Below, piece by piece: positions 18,610-28,463 of a stretch of 64,000 nucleotides of DNA. Below the pieces are notes generated by a model, which saw only the letters and a program-made list of their open reading frames with translations, was not told the DNA's origin and ran no database searches. The translations under genes and the position numbers were made by a program. Source of the DNA: a virus (Duplodnaviria; Heunggongvirae; Uroviricota; Caudoviricetes); the IMG/VR virus record IMGVR_UViG_2627853872_000003; one strand, 5' to 3'. How positions within the stretch are numbered: position 1 is the first letter of the stretch; each line of letters starts with the position of its first letter.

Positions 18610-20616
18610 ATGGTCGATTCAGCACGCCTCAAGAAGAGCGCCCGCGAGTACATGGCAGCGCACCCGGGAGTCAAATATCAGCAGGCTCTCGCGATCGTTC
18701 GAGATCAAGACCTAGTTCCGATCGCAGCAGCGTCAGATACGCCGGTAGGTCCGCCGCCACCGGTGGCGGCGACTTCCCGTGCTGATGGCGGTGATCCGGC
18801 CGGCCCGGAGGCTTGGCTGAACGCACTCGGCGGCATCCCAACCGCCGACGAACTCGCAGCCCGCTGGGCCAATTCCGACACCGAACAGAGCCTGCGAGTT
18901 CCTATCGCAATGAGCGTCGATGACAATTTCAAGTTCAGCGATTCCCCAGAACCGGTCTGGCTAGATCTCGCCGAGGCCAAACTGGGCGGCAACGGCCCCC
19001 ACGTGTTGATCACTGGACGCACCGGCAGCGGCAGGTCGGTTGCAAGCGAAGTTTTGCTCACCGGCCTGGCAGCCCTATACAGCCCCGACCGCCTACAGTT
19101 CGTCCTCATCGGCGGCGGTGTGCACCACCCGTATTTCGATCGACTTGCACAGCTGCCCCATACCGCGGCCTGGCTCTCAGATTCATCAACAGATCGAGTA
19201 GGTCTGACGGCCCTGTTGGACCAGTTGGATGCCGAGATCGCCCGCCGCGATGATCGAATCACCAGACACGGAGTAAAAGACATAGGCGAGTATCGCCAAC
19301 TGGTGGAAGCCGGCAGCGCCGATCCGTTGCCGGATCTTCTAGTTGCGATCGAAGAAGTACGTACCGTTGTGCGCAATACCGAGTCGCTCGAAAAGCGCAT
19401 CTTGCGCGTGCTCAGGGTCGGCCGGTCACTGGGCATACACGTTCTGCTCATCGATCAAGGTAATTTTGATTCCGAACTAAGCCAGCACGTCACTGCGAGC
19501 CTGAGTCTGGTTACGGGCTCGCCAACGCGCAGCCGGACATTGTTCGGCGCCGATGCCTCGACTCTTCACGGCCAGCCGATCGGATCTGCCCTCCTCCACA
19601 CGCTCCCCCCTGTCGGAGCTGACGCCCTTACGTCACTGCGGATCTTCTGGATCTCCTCGCCAGCTGAATATGTACAGGAACTACTCAGAGTCTTGGTATC
19701 CATGCCGCGCCCGAGCTATCAGATCGTTCAACTCCCGAAGCGCCGCTGGGGTTTCGACACGTTGATCGGCTTGGACGATTTCAAGGATCAGAGCCGCGCC
19801 CTGATCGCCTCAGCACGCATCGAGGCAGAGCTCGTGCGGCGCGGTATGCCGCGCTCCCCTCGTGCCATGAACTTCGCATTCACCGGGCCGTCGGGAACAG
19901 GGAAAACACTGGCGGCAAAGGCACTTTCACACGAGCTGTTCCGGGGCGGTGTCACCACAAGGGATAGCTTCGTGCAGGCGAACCGGTCTTCATTGGTCGG
20001 CACCGTCGAGGGTGAATCGGCAGTAAAGACACGGAAAGTCCTGGAAGAAGCGCGGGGCGGAGTCATCCTCTTGGAGAACGCGCATGAACTCATACAGCAG
20101 CGAGGATTTGGAGGAGACCCCTTCGGCGCAGACGCCTTGAGCGCCTTGCTGGACTTCATGGACGGCAACAAAGGCGAACTTGTAGTGATATTCAGCGGCG
20201 ATGAACCATCCCTCGAGCGGTTCTTCAACGACAATCCCGGTGTCCGCACTCGTCTGCAGCACCAGATTCGTTTCGCCCCCGCAGATTCCGAACAACTTTG
20301 GGAAATTCTCGTTCGGCATGCAGAACAGAGCGGCCGAGTGATCGACGCCGGGGCACGTGAGAGGTTCCTTGAGACCGCTACGAAGCTCCGCGCCACGCTC
20401 AACGGTCGTGGATCATCGATGCTCGACGTACTCGGCAACGGGCGCTTCGCTTCCAGCATCTGTGAGCGCGCGCAACATCGTGCTGCGAGTCGACTCGCTG
20501 GCGCGGAATTGTTGACCCTGACTGATTTGGATCTACTGCTGCTCACGACTGACGATGTCAACGGCGCCATCGACGAACTGATCCGCACATTCAAGATCGA
20601 TCTCGCCGTTAGCTGA
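18610..20616 (+). CDS. FtsK/SpoIIIE-like ATPase fused to CbbX/EccA-type AAA+ ATPase
   Basis: N-terminal half: HVLITGRTGSGRSVASEVLL (Walker A), LLVAIEEV (Walker B-like). C-terminal half: NFAFTGPSGTGKTLAAKAL (Walker A), GGVILLENAHEL (Walker B), arginine-finger region. Resembles the CbbX-type AAA domain of EccA/SpoVK. Confidence 0.75.
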   Translation: MVDSARLKKSAREYMAAHPGVKYQQALAIVRDQDLVPIAAASDTPVGPPPPVAATSRADGGDPAGPEAWLNALGGIPTADELAARWANSDTEQSLRVPIAMSVDDNFKFSDSPEPVWLDLAEAKLGGNGPHVLITGRTGSGRSVASEVLLTGLAALYSPDRLQFVLIGGGVHHPYFDRLAQLPHTAAWLSDSSTDRVGLTALLDQLDAEIARRDDRITRHGVKDIGEYRQLVEAGSADPLPDLLVAIEEVRTVVRNTESLEKRILRVLRVGRSLGIHVLLIDQGNFDSELSQHVTASLSLVTGSPTRSRTLFGADASTLHGQPIGSALLHTLPPVGADALTSLRIFWISSPAEYVQELLRVLVSMPRPSYQIVQLPKRRWGFDTLIGLDDFKDQSRALIASARIEAELVRRGMPRSPRAMNFAFTGPSGTGKTLAAKALSHELFRGGVTTRDSFVQANRSSLVGTVEGESAVKTRKVLEEARGGVILLENAHELIQQRGFGGDPFGADALSALLDFMDGNKGELVVIFSGDEPSLERFFNDNPGVRTRLQHQIRFAPADSEQLWEILVRHAEQSGRVIDAGARERFLETATKLRATLNGRGSSMLDVLGNGRFASSICERAQHRAASRLAGAELLTLTDLDLLLLTTDDVNGAIDELIRTFKIDLAVS

Positions 20617-20624
20617 CGAAGGAC

Positions 20625-20664
20625 GCTCCCGGTGTCAGGTCCCCTCGGATTTGACACCGGGAGC
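20625..20664 (+). terminator. Intrinsic terminator-like hairpin (13-bp perfect stem)
   Basis: gctcccggtgtca ... tgacaccgggagc with a 14-nt loop, 9 bp after the stop of 18610-20616. Confidence 0.6.
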
Positions 20665-20770
20665 ATTAACTCCCGCTCGGCTGCTATGCGTCAGCTAGCC
20701 CAGATGTTGCCCTGCATGCAATCTCGCGCCGGACAGCTGTTTTGGGCCCTGGAGATGCGACTGTGCGGCC

Positions 20771-20968
20771 ATGGCAACATATACCGTCGCTCATCCGGAT
20801 CTGCCAGCGGATCTGAAAGAGACCACCATCAGCACGCTCAGCGGCCACGACGTCGCGCGGTCACTGGCAGCTGTGCATGTCGCGGGAATTCTGTGGCGCC
20901 GCGGTGATGGCACCGCTGTCCACGCGGCTGACCTACTCCCTGGAATCACCATCACGGAGGTGGCATAG
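20771..20968 (+). CDS. Hypothetical small protein
   Basis: 65-aa ORF immediately upstream of the 50-aa ORF. Confidence 0.4.
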   Translation: MATYTVAHPDLPADLKETTISTLSGHDVARSLAAVHVAGILWRRGDGTAVHAADLLPGITITEVA

Positions 20969-20970
20969 CA

Positions 20971-21123
20971 ATGCAGTTCAAGGCGATACACCCGGACTCG
21001 GCACACACTGTTCACGTCGAGGCCGAGGATGCGGTAACGGCACGCGCAATAGCCGCTACTGAATTCGGCGAAAGACTCGGCCGCACAGCCGACGCCGTGC
21101 TAGATCAGGTGTTTGTCAGCTGA
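20971..21123 (+). CDS. Small ORF (50 aa) not in ORF track
   Basis: ATG 20971 preceded by GGAGG (20956-20960). Translation MQFKAIHPDSAHTVHVEAEDAVTARAIAATEFGERLGRTADAVLDQVFVS. GC3-rich codons. Confidence 0.35.
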   Translation: MQFKAIHPDSAHTVHVEAEDAVTARAIAATEFGERLGRTADAVLDQVFVS

Positions 21124-21847
21124 TAGGTGTTTCTTGCCCCGAAACTCTGGACAGGGAGCCGATTCCGTACCGCTGGGCGAAAGCCTGGATGATCCCGATG
21201 GAGCGTCGACAGTCCTCCACGGTGCGATGACCGGACTCCGGTGTCGCCGCGGCCAACGCCTCATACCCCTGTGGGTCTATAAACCGTGCGAGTTCAGTGA
21301 GTGCCGAGGCATCGATCGTGCGATGCGTGAAGCGAGAGAACAGCTTCGGCATATACCGCTCCAGGAACGGCCCATCAAGTGACCTCACGGAGCTGCCCAC
21401 TAGCGGTACAGGTTCGAGGATCCCTTGCTCGTCGAGGAAGGCACAGAGCAGCGCCGTCGCCTGCTGATATCCCGCGACAACCGTTCGGGTTCCGTCTGCA
21501 TGGCTTTGCGCGAAGCTCATCGGCCGGTGTAGGTCACGGATTAGCCAGTTGTTCAGGTGCATGGTCTGCGCCACCGATAGCTGCGCTGATCTATCCCATT
21601 GCGCATAGGTATGTTTCGCCCAGGCCACATTCAACGGCGATGCGATCAAGACACAGAGGTGCGCAATCTCGTGCAACCTTGCATCGACGATCACGATGCC
21701 GACTTCGAGGATTAGATCGGAATCGGGGTCAAGCCCGGTTGTCTCGATGTCGAGTACAGCTAGCCGATCGAAAGCGGGTGTGCCTTGTTCAGCGGTGCCA
21801 TGTTTTCCACACATGGCAGACAGCCTGCACGAGAGCGTCACTGGCAC
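21116..21847 (-). CDS. Oligoribonuclease-like DEDDh 3'-5' exoribonuclease
   Basis: LAVLDIETTGLDPDSDLILEVGIV (Exo I, Orn-like) and HRTVEDCRRSI (Exo III His motif). Real start possibly internal (MCGKHG). Confidence 0.65.
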   Translation of the reverse strand: MPVTLSCRLSAMCGKHGTAEQGTPAFDRLAVLDIETTGLDPDSDLILEVGIVIVDARLHEIAHLCVLIASPLNVAWAKHTYAQWDRSAQLSVAQTMHLNNWLIRDLHRPMSFAQSHADGTRTVVAGYQQATALLCAFLDEQGILEPVPLVGSSVRSLDGPFLERYMPKLFSRFTHRTIDASALTELARFIDPQGYEALAAATPESGHRTVEDCRRSIGIIQAFAQRYGIGSLSRVSGQETPIS

Positions 21848-21876
21848 AAGGCGCCCGTAAGCGACACGCCGAGCCG

Positions 21877-22443
21877 CTACGGCAAAAGTGCGCGCCAGGC
21901 ATCGCGATCGATTCCGCGGGTGCGGCGATAAATCTGGTCCCGGGGCATGCCAAGGGTTCGGGCTACCCAGACCATGGGCACGGTCAACTCAACGGCAGCA
22001 GCGATGAGGCTCAACAGTGGTTGTGCATCATCACCGTTCAGCCCTCCTTCGCGGAGCTTGACCAGGGCATCGTCGAGGCCAGCGCCGGCCACCCACGCAA
22101 GTTCCAGCGTGGCGGCATCCGGGGAGTCGAAGCCTTCGACGAATTGGCGCACTGTGCGCGTCAGTTCAGTCGCCGTACTCGGATGTGGGTGCAACAACCA
22201 CCTTTCCATCGAGAGGGCCAGTGCCGGCGCCGCGCCGGTGTCGTCGGAATTCGCCGCCAGAACGTCAGCCACCAGGGATGACAACGCCCCAGCACGCCGC
22301 CGTGAGCCAGCGCCGTCACCTGCGGAATGGATCAAGGGGTACACCCGGCGCGAGGTCTGGGACCGCACCGGATCTGCTGATGTGAGCGCAGCCACGACCA
22401 GCGCGGTTGTCGCCGCGCGCTCGACGGTGTCAAACAGCTGCAT
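21877..22443 (-). CDS. Hypothetical protein with C-terminal HTH-like segment
   Basis: Start chosen at MQLFDTVERA (22443) to avoid overlap with the protease gene. C-terminal WVARTLGMPRDQIYRRTRGIDRDAW resembles a sigma-region-4-like HTH. Confidence 0.4.
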   Translation of the reverse strand: MQLFDTVERAATTALVVAALTSADPVRSQTSRRVYPLIHSAGDGAGSRRRAGALSSLVADVLAANSDDTGAAPALALSMERWLLHPHPSTATELTRTVRQFVEGFDSPDAATLELAWVAGAGLDDALVKLREGGLNGDDAQPLLSLIAAAVELTVPMVWVARTLGMPRDQIYRRTRGIDRDAWRALLP

Positions 22444-22505
22444 TCGGCCTTGCCCGCTGATCCGTCCCTGGTGACTCGTCACACCATCTGATTCGATCGT
22501 TGTCG

Positions 22506-23339
22506 TCACGCGCTGCCCTTCTTGTCGTCGACAATCAGCCGCACCTTGAGCCGCTCCAAGACCGGCGCCAGGTAAGTCGCGAAATTGTCGGTATCGCTCG
22601 GCCCACCGTGCAGCATGCCGATCGCCTGTGCGTCGCCTCTGCTGTTGACGACGAACACCGGCGCACCCGAGTCCCCCTGTACTGCGGCACCACCCCACTC
22701 GAGCTGGTCGTCTCCAGCAGCGATCAGCGGCCCGCATGTCAGACCTGAACGAGAACCATTCATGCACACCGGAGTTCCCACAGGAAGAGCCTTGGCCGAC
22801 GGGACCGACATCACGCCACGCAGCCGTATCCCGTCGTTTATCACAGTTCCGTAGGCCGTTTCTTGTTGTGCTGGAGACAAGAAGAACAGGGCCGCGTCAT
22901 ACCGGCGGCCGGCGTCATCGACTCCGCGTTCGGCGTTCTGCAGCGGCGAGAGGTTTAGGCGACCAGCGCCTTCAGCGTCGGTGTACATCCACAGGGGCGC
23001 ACCTTCTTTGCGATCGCAGTGCCCGGCTGTCAGGTACCCGATGTCGCTGCGAGTGCTGACAATCGGCCATGAAATGGTGCATTCAGACACCTCGGTGGGA
23101 TCGAACTGCTGGACCAAGCTCACCCCGGGTCGTGGGTACGCGGCAGCAGTGAATGCCACCGGCGGCCGTGAGCCGCGGACACCGGCGATCGATATCCACG
23201 CATCACTGCCGGGCGCCGGTTCGGCATTGGCCTTCGGCTCTGCGACCCAGCTGGTCGCCGTTGCAAGTACGAGCGCGACCGCCCAACCAGCGGCGCGCGC
23301 GGCGCACCTTCTCCCGCGCCGGGAGCTGGCAGATCTCAT
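22506..23339 (-). CDS. Secreted trypsin-like (S1) serine protease
   Basis: Signal peptide MRSASSRRGRRCAARAAGWAVALVLATA. Catalytic His in TAGHC and Ser in GDSGAPV. Confidence 0.75.
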   Translation of the reverse strand: MRSASSRRGRRCAARAAGWAVALVLATATSWVAEPKANAEPAPGSDAWISIAGVRGSRPPVAFTAAAYPRPGVSLVQQFDPTEVSECTISWPIVSTRSDIGYLTAGHCDRKEGAPLWMYTDAEGAGRLNLSPLQNAERGVDDAGRRYDAALFFLSPAQQETAYGTVINDGIRLRGVMSVPSAKALPVGTPVCMNGSRSGLTCGPLIAAGDDQLEWGGAAVQGDSGAPVFVVNSRGDAQAIGMLHGGPSDTDNFATYLAPVLERLKVRLIVDDKKGSA

Positions 23340-23536
23340 GGCCTCTCCTCGCTCGCGAATCTCTGCGTTCCAACGCGCGCAGAATACACAGATGCCGCTT
23401 TTGATTCGTTGGCATCACACGCGGTAACAGAACTCCCCGGACCGCACGCGCCGCAGCCCGGGCGCCAGGTCTGCGGGCCCTACTCTCCGCCGCAATATCG
23501 CGTCATCTCGACCGAGATCTTTCAGGAGACCGACTT

Positions 23537-24364
23537 ATGTCCACAGATAAGCGTCCAGTTCTGTCGGCGATAGTCGCCGCGGCGGCAATCGCTGCGATCG
23601 GAGGCGGCGTCGCGCATGCTGACCCCGCATCGGATCCGACTTCAGATGTGGCGACAATCACCTGCGATATGCCGGATTGCGGCACCGAACCGGCAACCAA
23701 ACCGATTGTCGAGCACCATCTCGTCGACGAAGAGTCAGCGCCTGAGCCGGTCATCGAGGCGACAGACGAAGAGGCCGCCGCCGAACCTGTCGACGAAGCA
23801 CCGTCAGTCGAGGATGCAGCACCCGACGAAGAACCCATCACGGTAGAGGAACCGATACCCGGCGCTGCTCCGTCACGTCCCCTGGTGCTCGTGCCGGTTG
23901 CTTCGACCAGGCCTGTCACCGAGGCAGCCGCGATCGATAAGTCCAAGATCATCTACACCGCACACCCTGTCCCCCATGTCACCGATGCGGACATCTCGGC
24001 CGGGTTGCAGGCCGCCGGCGTAAACCCACGGCTATTTGGGCAATTCGACACCGCCACACGCACGATCATGGGCGGGGAATCCGGCGGCGCAACCAACGCC
24101 GTGAACCGCGGAGATTCCAACGCCTGGGGCGCCCGGCAGCCTGACGGCGCACCAGCTGGAAGCTCGCGCGGCCTCATGCAGACTGTCCCAGGGACTTTCG
24201 CAGCCAATCATGCCCCAGGCACCTCCACGTTCATCTACGACCCGGTGGCAAATATCGCCGCGGCATGGCGCTACATCGCCGTGCGCTACCACGTTGATCT
24301 GCACACCGGCACCGGTTTGGTCACCTTCATGGCGCGCGGCGTCGGCCACGGCGTCGGCTACTGA
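23537..24364 (+). CDS. Secreted lytic transglycosylase (SLT domain) protein
   Basis: Signal peptide, acidic linker, C-terminal ESGGATNAVNRGDSNAWGARQ...SRGLMQ (ES...GLMQ motif of family-1 lytic transglycosylases). Confidence 0.7.
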   Translation: MSTDKRPVLSAIVAAAAIAAIGGGVAHADPASDPTSDVATITCDMPDCGTEPATKPIVEHHLVDEESAPEPVIEATDEEAAAEPVDEAPSVEDAAPDEEPITVEEPIPGAAPSRPLVLVPVASTRPVTEAAAIDKSKIIYTAHPVPHVTDADISAGLQAAGVNPRLFGQFDTATRTIMGGESGGATNAVNRGDSNAWGARQPDGAPAGSSRGLMQTVPGTFAANHAPGTSTFIYDPVANIAAAWRYIAVRYHVDLHTGTGLVTFMARGVGHGVGY

Positions 24365-24400
24365 GTTTCTGGCCCAGTCCCTGCCACGAGTGGAGCGCAT

Positions 24401-26635
24401 ATGACCGACCCCATCGAGCAAGCGATCGACCGCTACAACGCAGTCCTGACCCAACCAACCGGCAGACTGTGGGCGCCGGTGTGCCTCAGGCAAATCGAAG
24501 ACGCTGTCGATGCGAAGTACGGAGCGGGCACCTGGAAGCGGGACCTCGCACCCGAACTCAGTTCCGAGCTCGTCGCTGGCAAGCGCCTGGATCCGGCCAC
24601 ACTGGTCGCGCGGCTCAAGGACGCGGGATCCCACACTGACCGCACATCACCAGACTCGGGTTCGCCGGCGCCAGCTGGGACCACACCGGCAATCTCGACG
24701 CTGCTGTCGGGACCACCGGACGGTGAACGTAAATGGCTCCAGGGCAACGCAGTTCTCCCCGCATTGGATCCGAGCGACAACACCGCGCTCAACGCGCTCG
24801 ACGCAGGTATCGAGGCACTCAATCAGTCCTGGTTTGTCGTCGACCCGGCTCAAGCCTGGTTTCCGGACGGCGCGCGTTTCCCCGGTTCCGGCACGAACAT
24901 CTCCTCTCTGGGCGCAACGTACGATCTGGCCAAGAACCTGATCCCGCAATGGCGCATCGCAATCGACACTCTGCTCAAGGCATTCGAGGGTTCGGGTGAG
25001 CAACTGATCGAACAGCAGCTGGTGAAGATCCGAGCTTCGCTCACCACGCTGGCCACCGACGCCGAGTCGTCGAGCGATCTGCACAATCAGATTGCGCGCT
25101 ACGGGATCGCGGCAAACGACAGTTTCCAGCAGCTGCGCGGCGAGGAGCTGGCGAAACGAAAAGACATCGCCGACACCGCCAGGGAAGTGGCACGCGCGAA
25201 GATGAACGCGAGCCTCCCTCAAGGCATCCATGTCACCGACGAAGCAGTGGACAAGGCAGACGTCACCGCCTACAACTCGCGCGGCGAGTTCGTAAAGATT
25301 GCCCCCGTAGCGACCACGCTGAGCAAGACCGACGAAGTGACACGCCACGGCGCCGCAATCGCTGCCATCGCCAAACAGATCACCGTCCCGGCAACCGTGG
25401 CACCGGAGCTGATTAGTGCTGGAGTGACCGGCGCAGACAATGGCATCACGCATGTGACTACGCAGGCTGGTCGCCCCGGATCCTCTGTCGCCGCACCTGG
25501 CGGTCGGCCCGGGGCTTCGACTCCAGCCGGAGCGGGCAAAGGCGCCACTTCCGATCTGTCCAAACTGCTCTCTGCACTGGGCACCGGAGGACTCGGTCAA
25601 CAGCTTCCGGGCGCTATCGCGCCCGCTCAACAAGCCGCTCAACAAGCCGCTCAACCCCTCAATCAGGCTGCCCAACAAGCCGCACAACAGGCAGGGAAGG
25701 TTCCCGAAGAGCTGCTCAAGTCATTGAAAAGCGCAGCTCCGGACAATCAGCGCCACACCGGTCTGGACACCGCGGCGGCCAAGGCCGCGGGCAAGGATCG
25801 CTCAGCGGCGACCACAGCCACATTCAGCCCGCCCGGGCAGGCCACGCCGAAGTCTGTGGGCATGCCGGGCAGTGACGCGCGTCCGCACCAGCTCGATGCC
25901 ACCGGGAAGCCAGTGGATAAGGAACACACGGGGAAAGTCGACAAAGACGCTGTCCCCCTGTCCAAGAAGTCGATCAAGCCGTTCGATCTCGCCGTTCCGG
26001 CCAACGGACACAACGTCCAGGTCAAGAACATCCCGGACCCCCGCCTTGGCGAGATGATGCTGAACATGGCCGACGCCACGGCAGACAAGCCGTGTTCGGT
26101 GATCGATGCTGCGAAGGCCTCCGGGATGGATCTGACGTCCCTGGGCGATCCCATCGACCCCGAAGACGTTCAGGTGGGCAACGCGGTGATCGGCGCCTAT
26201 CAGTCCGGAATGTACCTAGGTGAGGGGCTGGTGATGACTTCGACCGGATTGATCGAGAACCTCGCAGAGGTGCTCGGCGACAACGGTTTCATCTCCGAGA
26301 TCCCGCTTCCGGATCTCCCCGATGATGCACCGCTGCCATCCGCCAACGGCGAAGCACCGCCGGCCAATCCGGCACCTGCTCCGTCTGACTCTGCGGCAAG
26401 GGACGTGACACCGCTTCCGCCGAATCCTGCTCCGGCCGTACCGAACGCGGCGCCGGCGCCCGCTGCAACACCGGCCGAGCCCGCGGCAGCACCACCACAA
26501 GTCGCGCCCATTCCTCCCCCGCCTCCGCCGGTGCAACCCTCTGCACCACCCGCACCGCCGGCAGCCGCGCCAGAGGTAGCGCCCACGGGCCCGATGCCCC
26601 AGCAGGTCAACTACCAAGGGCACGCATTGGGATGA
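24401..26635 (+). CDS. Large multidomain protein with Ala/Gln/Pro-rich linkers and NlpC/P60-like C-terminal region
   Basis: 744 aa. A/Q repeats (QQAAQQAAQ). C-terminal KPCSVIDAAKASG...GNAVIGAYQSGMYLGEGLVM resembles the NlpC/P60 Cys and G.Y.G.G motifs, but the catalytic His is not evident. Pro-rich tail. Confidence 0.5.
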   Translation: MTDPIEQAIDRYNAVLTQPTGRLWAPVCLRQIEDAVDAKYGAGTWKRDLAPELSSELVAGKRLDPATLVARLKDAGSHTDRTSPDSGSPAPAGTTPAISTLLSGPPDGERKWLQGNAVLPALDPSDNTALNALDAGIEALNQSWFVVDPAQAWFPDGARFPGSGTNISSLGATYDLAKNLIPQWRIAIDTLLKAFEGSGEQLIEQQLVKIRASLTTLATDAESSSDLHNQIARYGIAANDSFQQLRGEELAKRKDIADTAREVARAKMNASLPQGIHVTDEAVDKADVTAYNSRGEFVKIAPVATTLSKTDEVTRHGAAIAAIAKQITVPATVAPELISAGVTGADNGITHVTTQAGRPGSSVAAPGGRPGASTPAGAGKGATSDLSKLLSALGTGGLGQQLPGAIAPAQQAAQQAAQPLNQAAQQAAQQAGKVPEELLKSLKSAAPDNQRHTGLDTAAAKAAGKDRSAATTATFSPPGQATPKSVGMPGSDARPHQLDATGKPVDKEHTGKVDKDAVPLSKKSIKPFDLAVPANGHNVQVKNIPDPRLGEMMLNMADATADKPCSVIDAAKASGMDLTSLGDPIDPEDVQVGNAVIGAYQSGMYLGEGLVMTSTGLIENLAEVLGDNGFISEIPLPDLPDDAPLPSANGEAPPANPAPAPSDSAARDVTPLPPNPAPAVPNAAPAPAATPAEPAAAPPQVAPIPPPPPPVQPSAPPAPPAAAPEVAPTGPMPQQVNYQGHALG

Positions 26636-26682
26636 CGCGCCTCTGGCCATGATTCGGCCCGTGTCCGGGCACCCTGCGCCCC

Positions 26683-28053
26683 GTGATCAATGAGCAACTT
26701 CAGGCGATCCTCGAATCCGGAGCGAGCACGACAACCGACGAACAGCCACCCACGTCAGATGCGCTAGCACAGCAAGATCCACCGCTGTCGGAGTTCGGAG
26801 ACAGTCGTGGTGAATCCGCCCAGGACACAAACGAAGACGGCCAGGCTCGGCCCACCGAGGCGGATAAGCCCAAAGACACGGTTCAAGCGCGCATCCAGGC
26901 GGCCTTGACCGCCTATCCAGAAATGGCGCCGATCGCTGAGTCTGCCGGGGCCGATATTCGCATGAACCCTGACGGCACCATCAAAGTCTCCGACGCCATG
27001 CGCGCTGCGATGCGTGCGCTGGTTCCGGGACGTGACAAGGCCCCAGCTGACGGCCCCTATCGCCGCATCAACAGCTGGCTCACTGCTGACAACACCGTCA
27101 CACCGGTGACCGAGACGTCACCGTACTTCACGGTCTCCCACTGGCATTGGCTGGCTGCCAAATCGATGGTGCGCCAGATCCCGATCGAGCTGGGGCCGAC
27201 TTTTCCGCATCTATCCACCTCAGAGGCGCAGATTAGTCACGACCTCACGGCGTGGCAGGCCCTCGACGAACACGGCCACTTGACCGACGAGGCCAAGCAG
27301 ATGTTCGACGCAGTAACAGGTCACGCCGAACTGACTGTGTACTGCACGGTGCTTCTCTACGCACAGCGACGGGCGCCTGTAGAGGTTCCTGCCGAATTGA
27401 AGCCGTACGGCGTTCAGGCCGCGGTACGTGATGTTCCCCGTGTGACTTTCGTGATCGGCGTGGGCAAGCGCGAAGTGGTCTCAGCGCTGATCAACAACAC
27501 CACCGTGGTGTTCAGCCGCCGACTGCGCCGCGATGGAGCCAGCGCCGACGCCGCGGCTGCTGTTCTTGACCTCTTGGATCCTGAAGGCCAATGGCCGGCC
27601 TACCCGCTCAAGACCCCGATCGTCCTGCCGGGGGCTGTGGTCGATCAACTCCACTCGGACTCGGATGCCTCGAAACTCTTCGACAGCGAACCCGAGCCGG
27701 ACGCTGACGAGAAGATTCGTGCCGAAGCCGATGCGGTACGTGAGCGTGCCCGCAAGGCAGCCCGCAACGTGCTGAAAGCAGCCAAGACGCCCGCAGGAGC
27801 CCAGGCAGCAATTGCGGAAATCGCGGGGTGCACAACCCACGCGCTGGCGACAGTGACGGTCAGCACAAGTGATGTCGATGTGTCACGAGGCGAACCCGGC
27901 GCTCTGGCCTTGGCCTTCATGCGGGGCCGGGGAATTATCGCCTCATACCCAAGCGGCTCGGGCATGTTCAAACGCGTCACGTTCAAATCCGGCAACATAG
28001 ACGGCATCAAAAACGGCATCGATGCGCTCAGCAATGCCTTCAGAGGGGCTTAG
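26683..28053 (+). CDS. Hypothetical protein
   Basis: 456-aa ORF with GTG start. Acidic N-terminus. No motif recognised. Confidence 0.5.
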   Translation: MINEQLQAILESGASTTTDEQPPTSDALAQQDPPLSEFGDSRGESAQDTNEDGQARPTEADKPKDTVQARIQAALTAYPEMAPIAESAGADIRMNPDGTIKVSDAMRAAMRALVPGRDKAPADGPYRRINSWLTADNTVTPVTETSPYFTVSHWHWLAAKSMVRQIPIELGPTFPHLSTSEAQISHDLTAWQALDEHGHLTDEAKQMFDAVTGHAELTVYCTVLLYAQRRAPVEVPAELKPYGVQAAVRDVPRVTFVIGVGKREVVSALINNTTVVFSRRLRRDGASADAAAAVLDLLDPEGQWPAYPLKTPIVLPGAVVDQLHSDSDASKLFDSEPEPDADEKIRAEADAVRERARKAARNVLKAAKTPAGAQAAIAEIAGCTTHALATVTVSTSDVDVSRGEPGALALAFMRGRGIIASYPSGSGMFKRVTFKSGNIDGIKNGIDALSNAFRGA

Positions 28054-28116
28054 CGCGGATTTTTGCGCTACCATCTGCCTTGGAATCACCCATCGGCTAC
28101 GACCATCGGAGAAAAC

Positions 28117-28425
28117 ATGGGTACAAGCGGCAGCGTTGCGATCGCTCCCGAAGACGCACTCAAGATCTGCGACAACCTGCAGAACGACACCGACACTATG
28201 CGCCAGGCACTGGGACGGATCGGCAACACCATTGGCGATCTACAGGCCCACAGCTACATCTCGGACACCATGGACGCGTTCCAGGGCAAGTTTGAGAGTG
28301 AGTCCAGCCCCCAGCTGCTGAAGGTCCTTAACCGGGCGGACGCCGCTGTAGCCGGCACGCGTGAAGTGATCCGGGTCCAGCTGGAGCGCCAGGCCAGCGG
28401 CGCCCAAGCGGTGCAGCGAGCGTAA
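28117..28425 (+). CDS. Small helical protein (Esx/WXG100-like size, no WXG)
   Basis: About 102 aa from ATG 28117. First of a tandem pair. Confidence 0.5.
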   Translation: MGTSGSVAIAPEDALKICDNLQNDTDTMRQALGRIGNTIGDLQAHSYISDTMDAFQGKFESESSPQLLKVLNRADAAVAGTREVIRVQLERQASGAQAVQRA

Positions 28426-28463
28426 TCGGTCTCGGACAACCGACTCAGGAAAGGACCTAAACC

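Noticed and set aside
24647-25687. 346-aa minus-strand ORF inside the 744-aa gene
   Set aside because: Antisense to a gene with recognisable domains. Composition dominated by R/G/C. Spurious.
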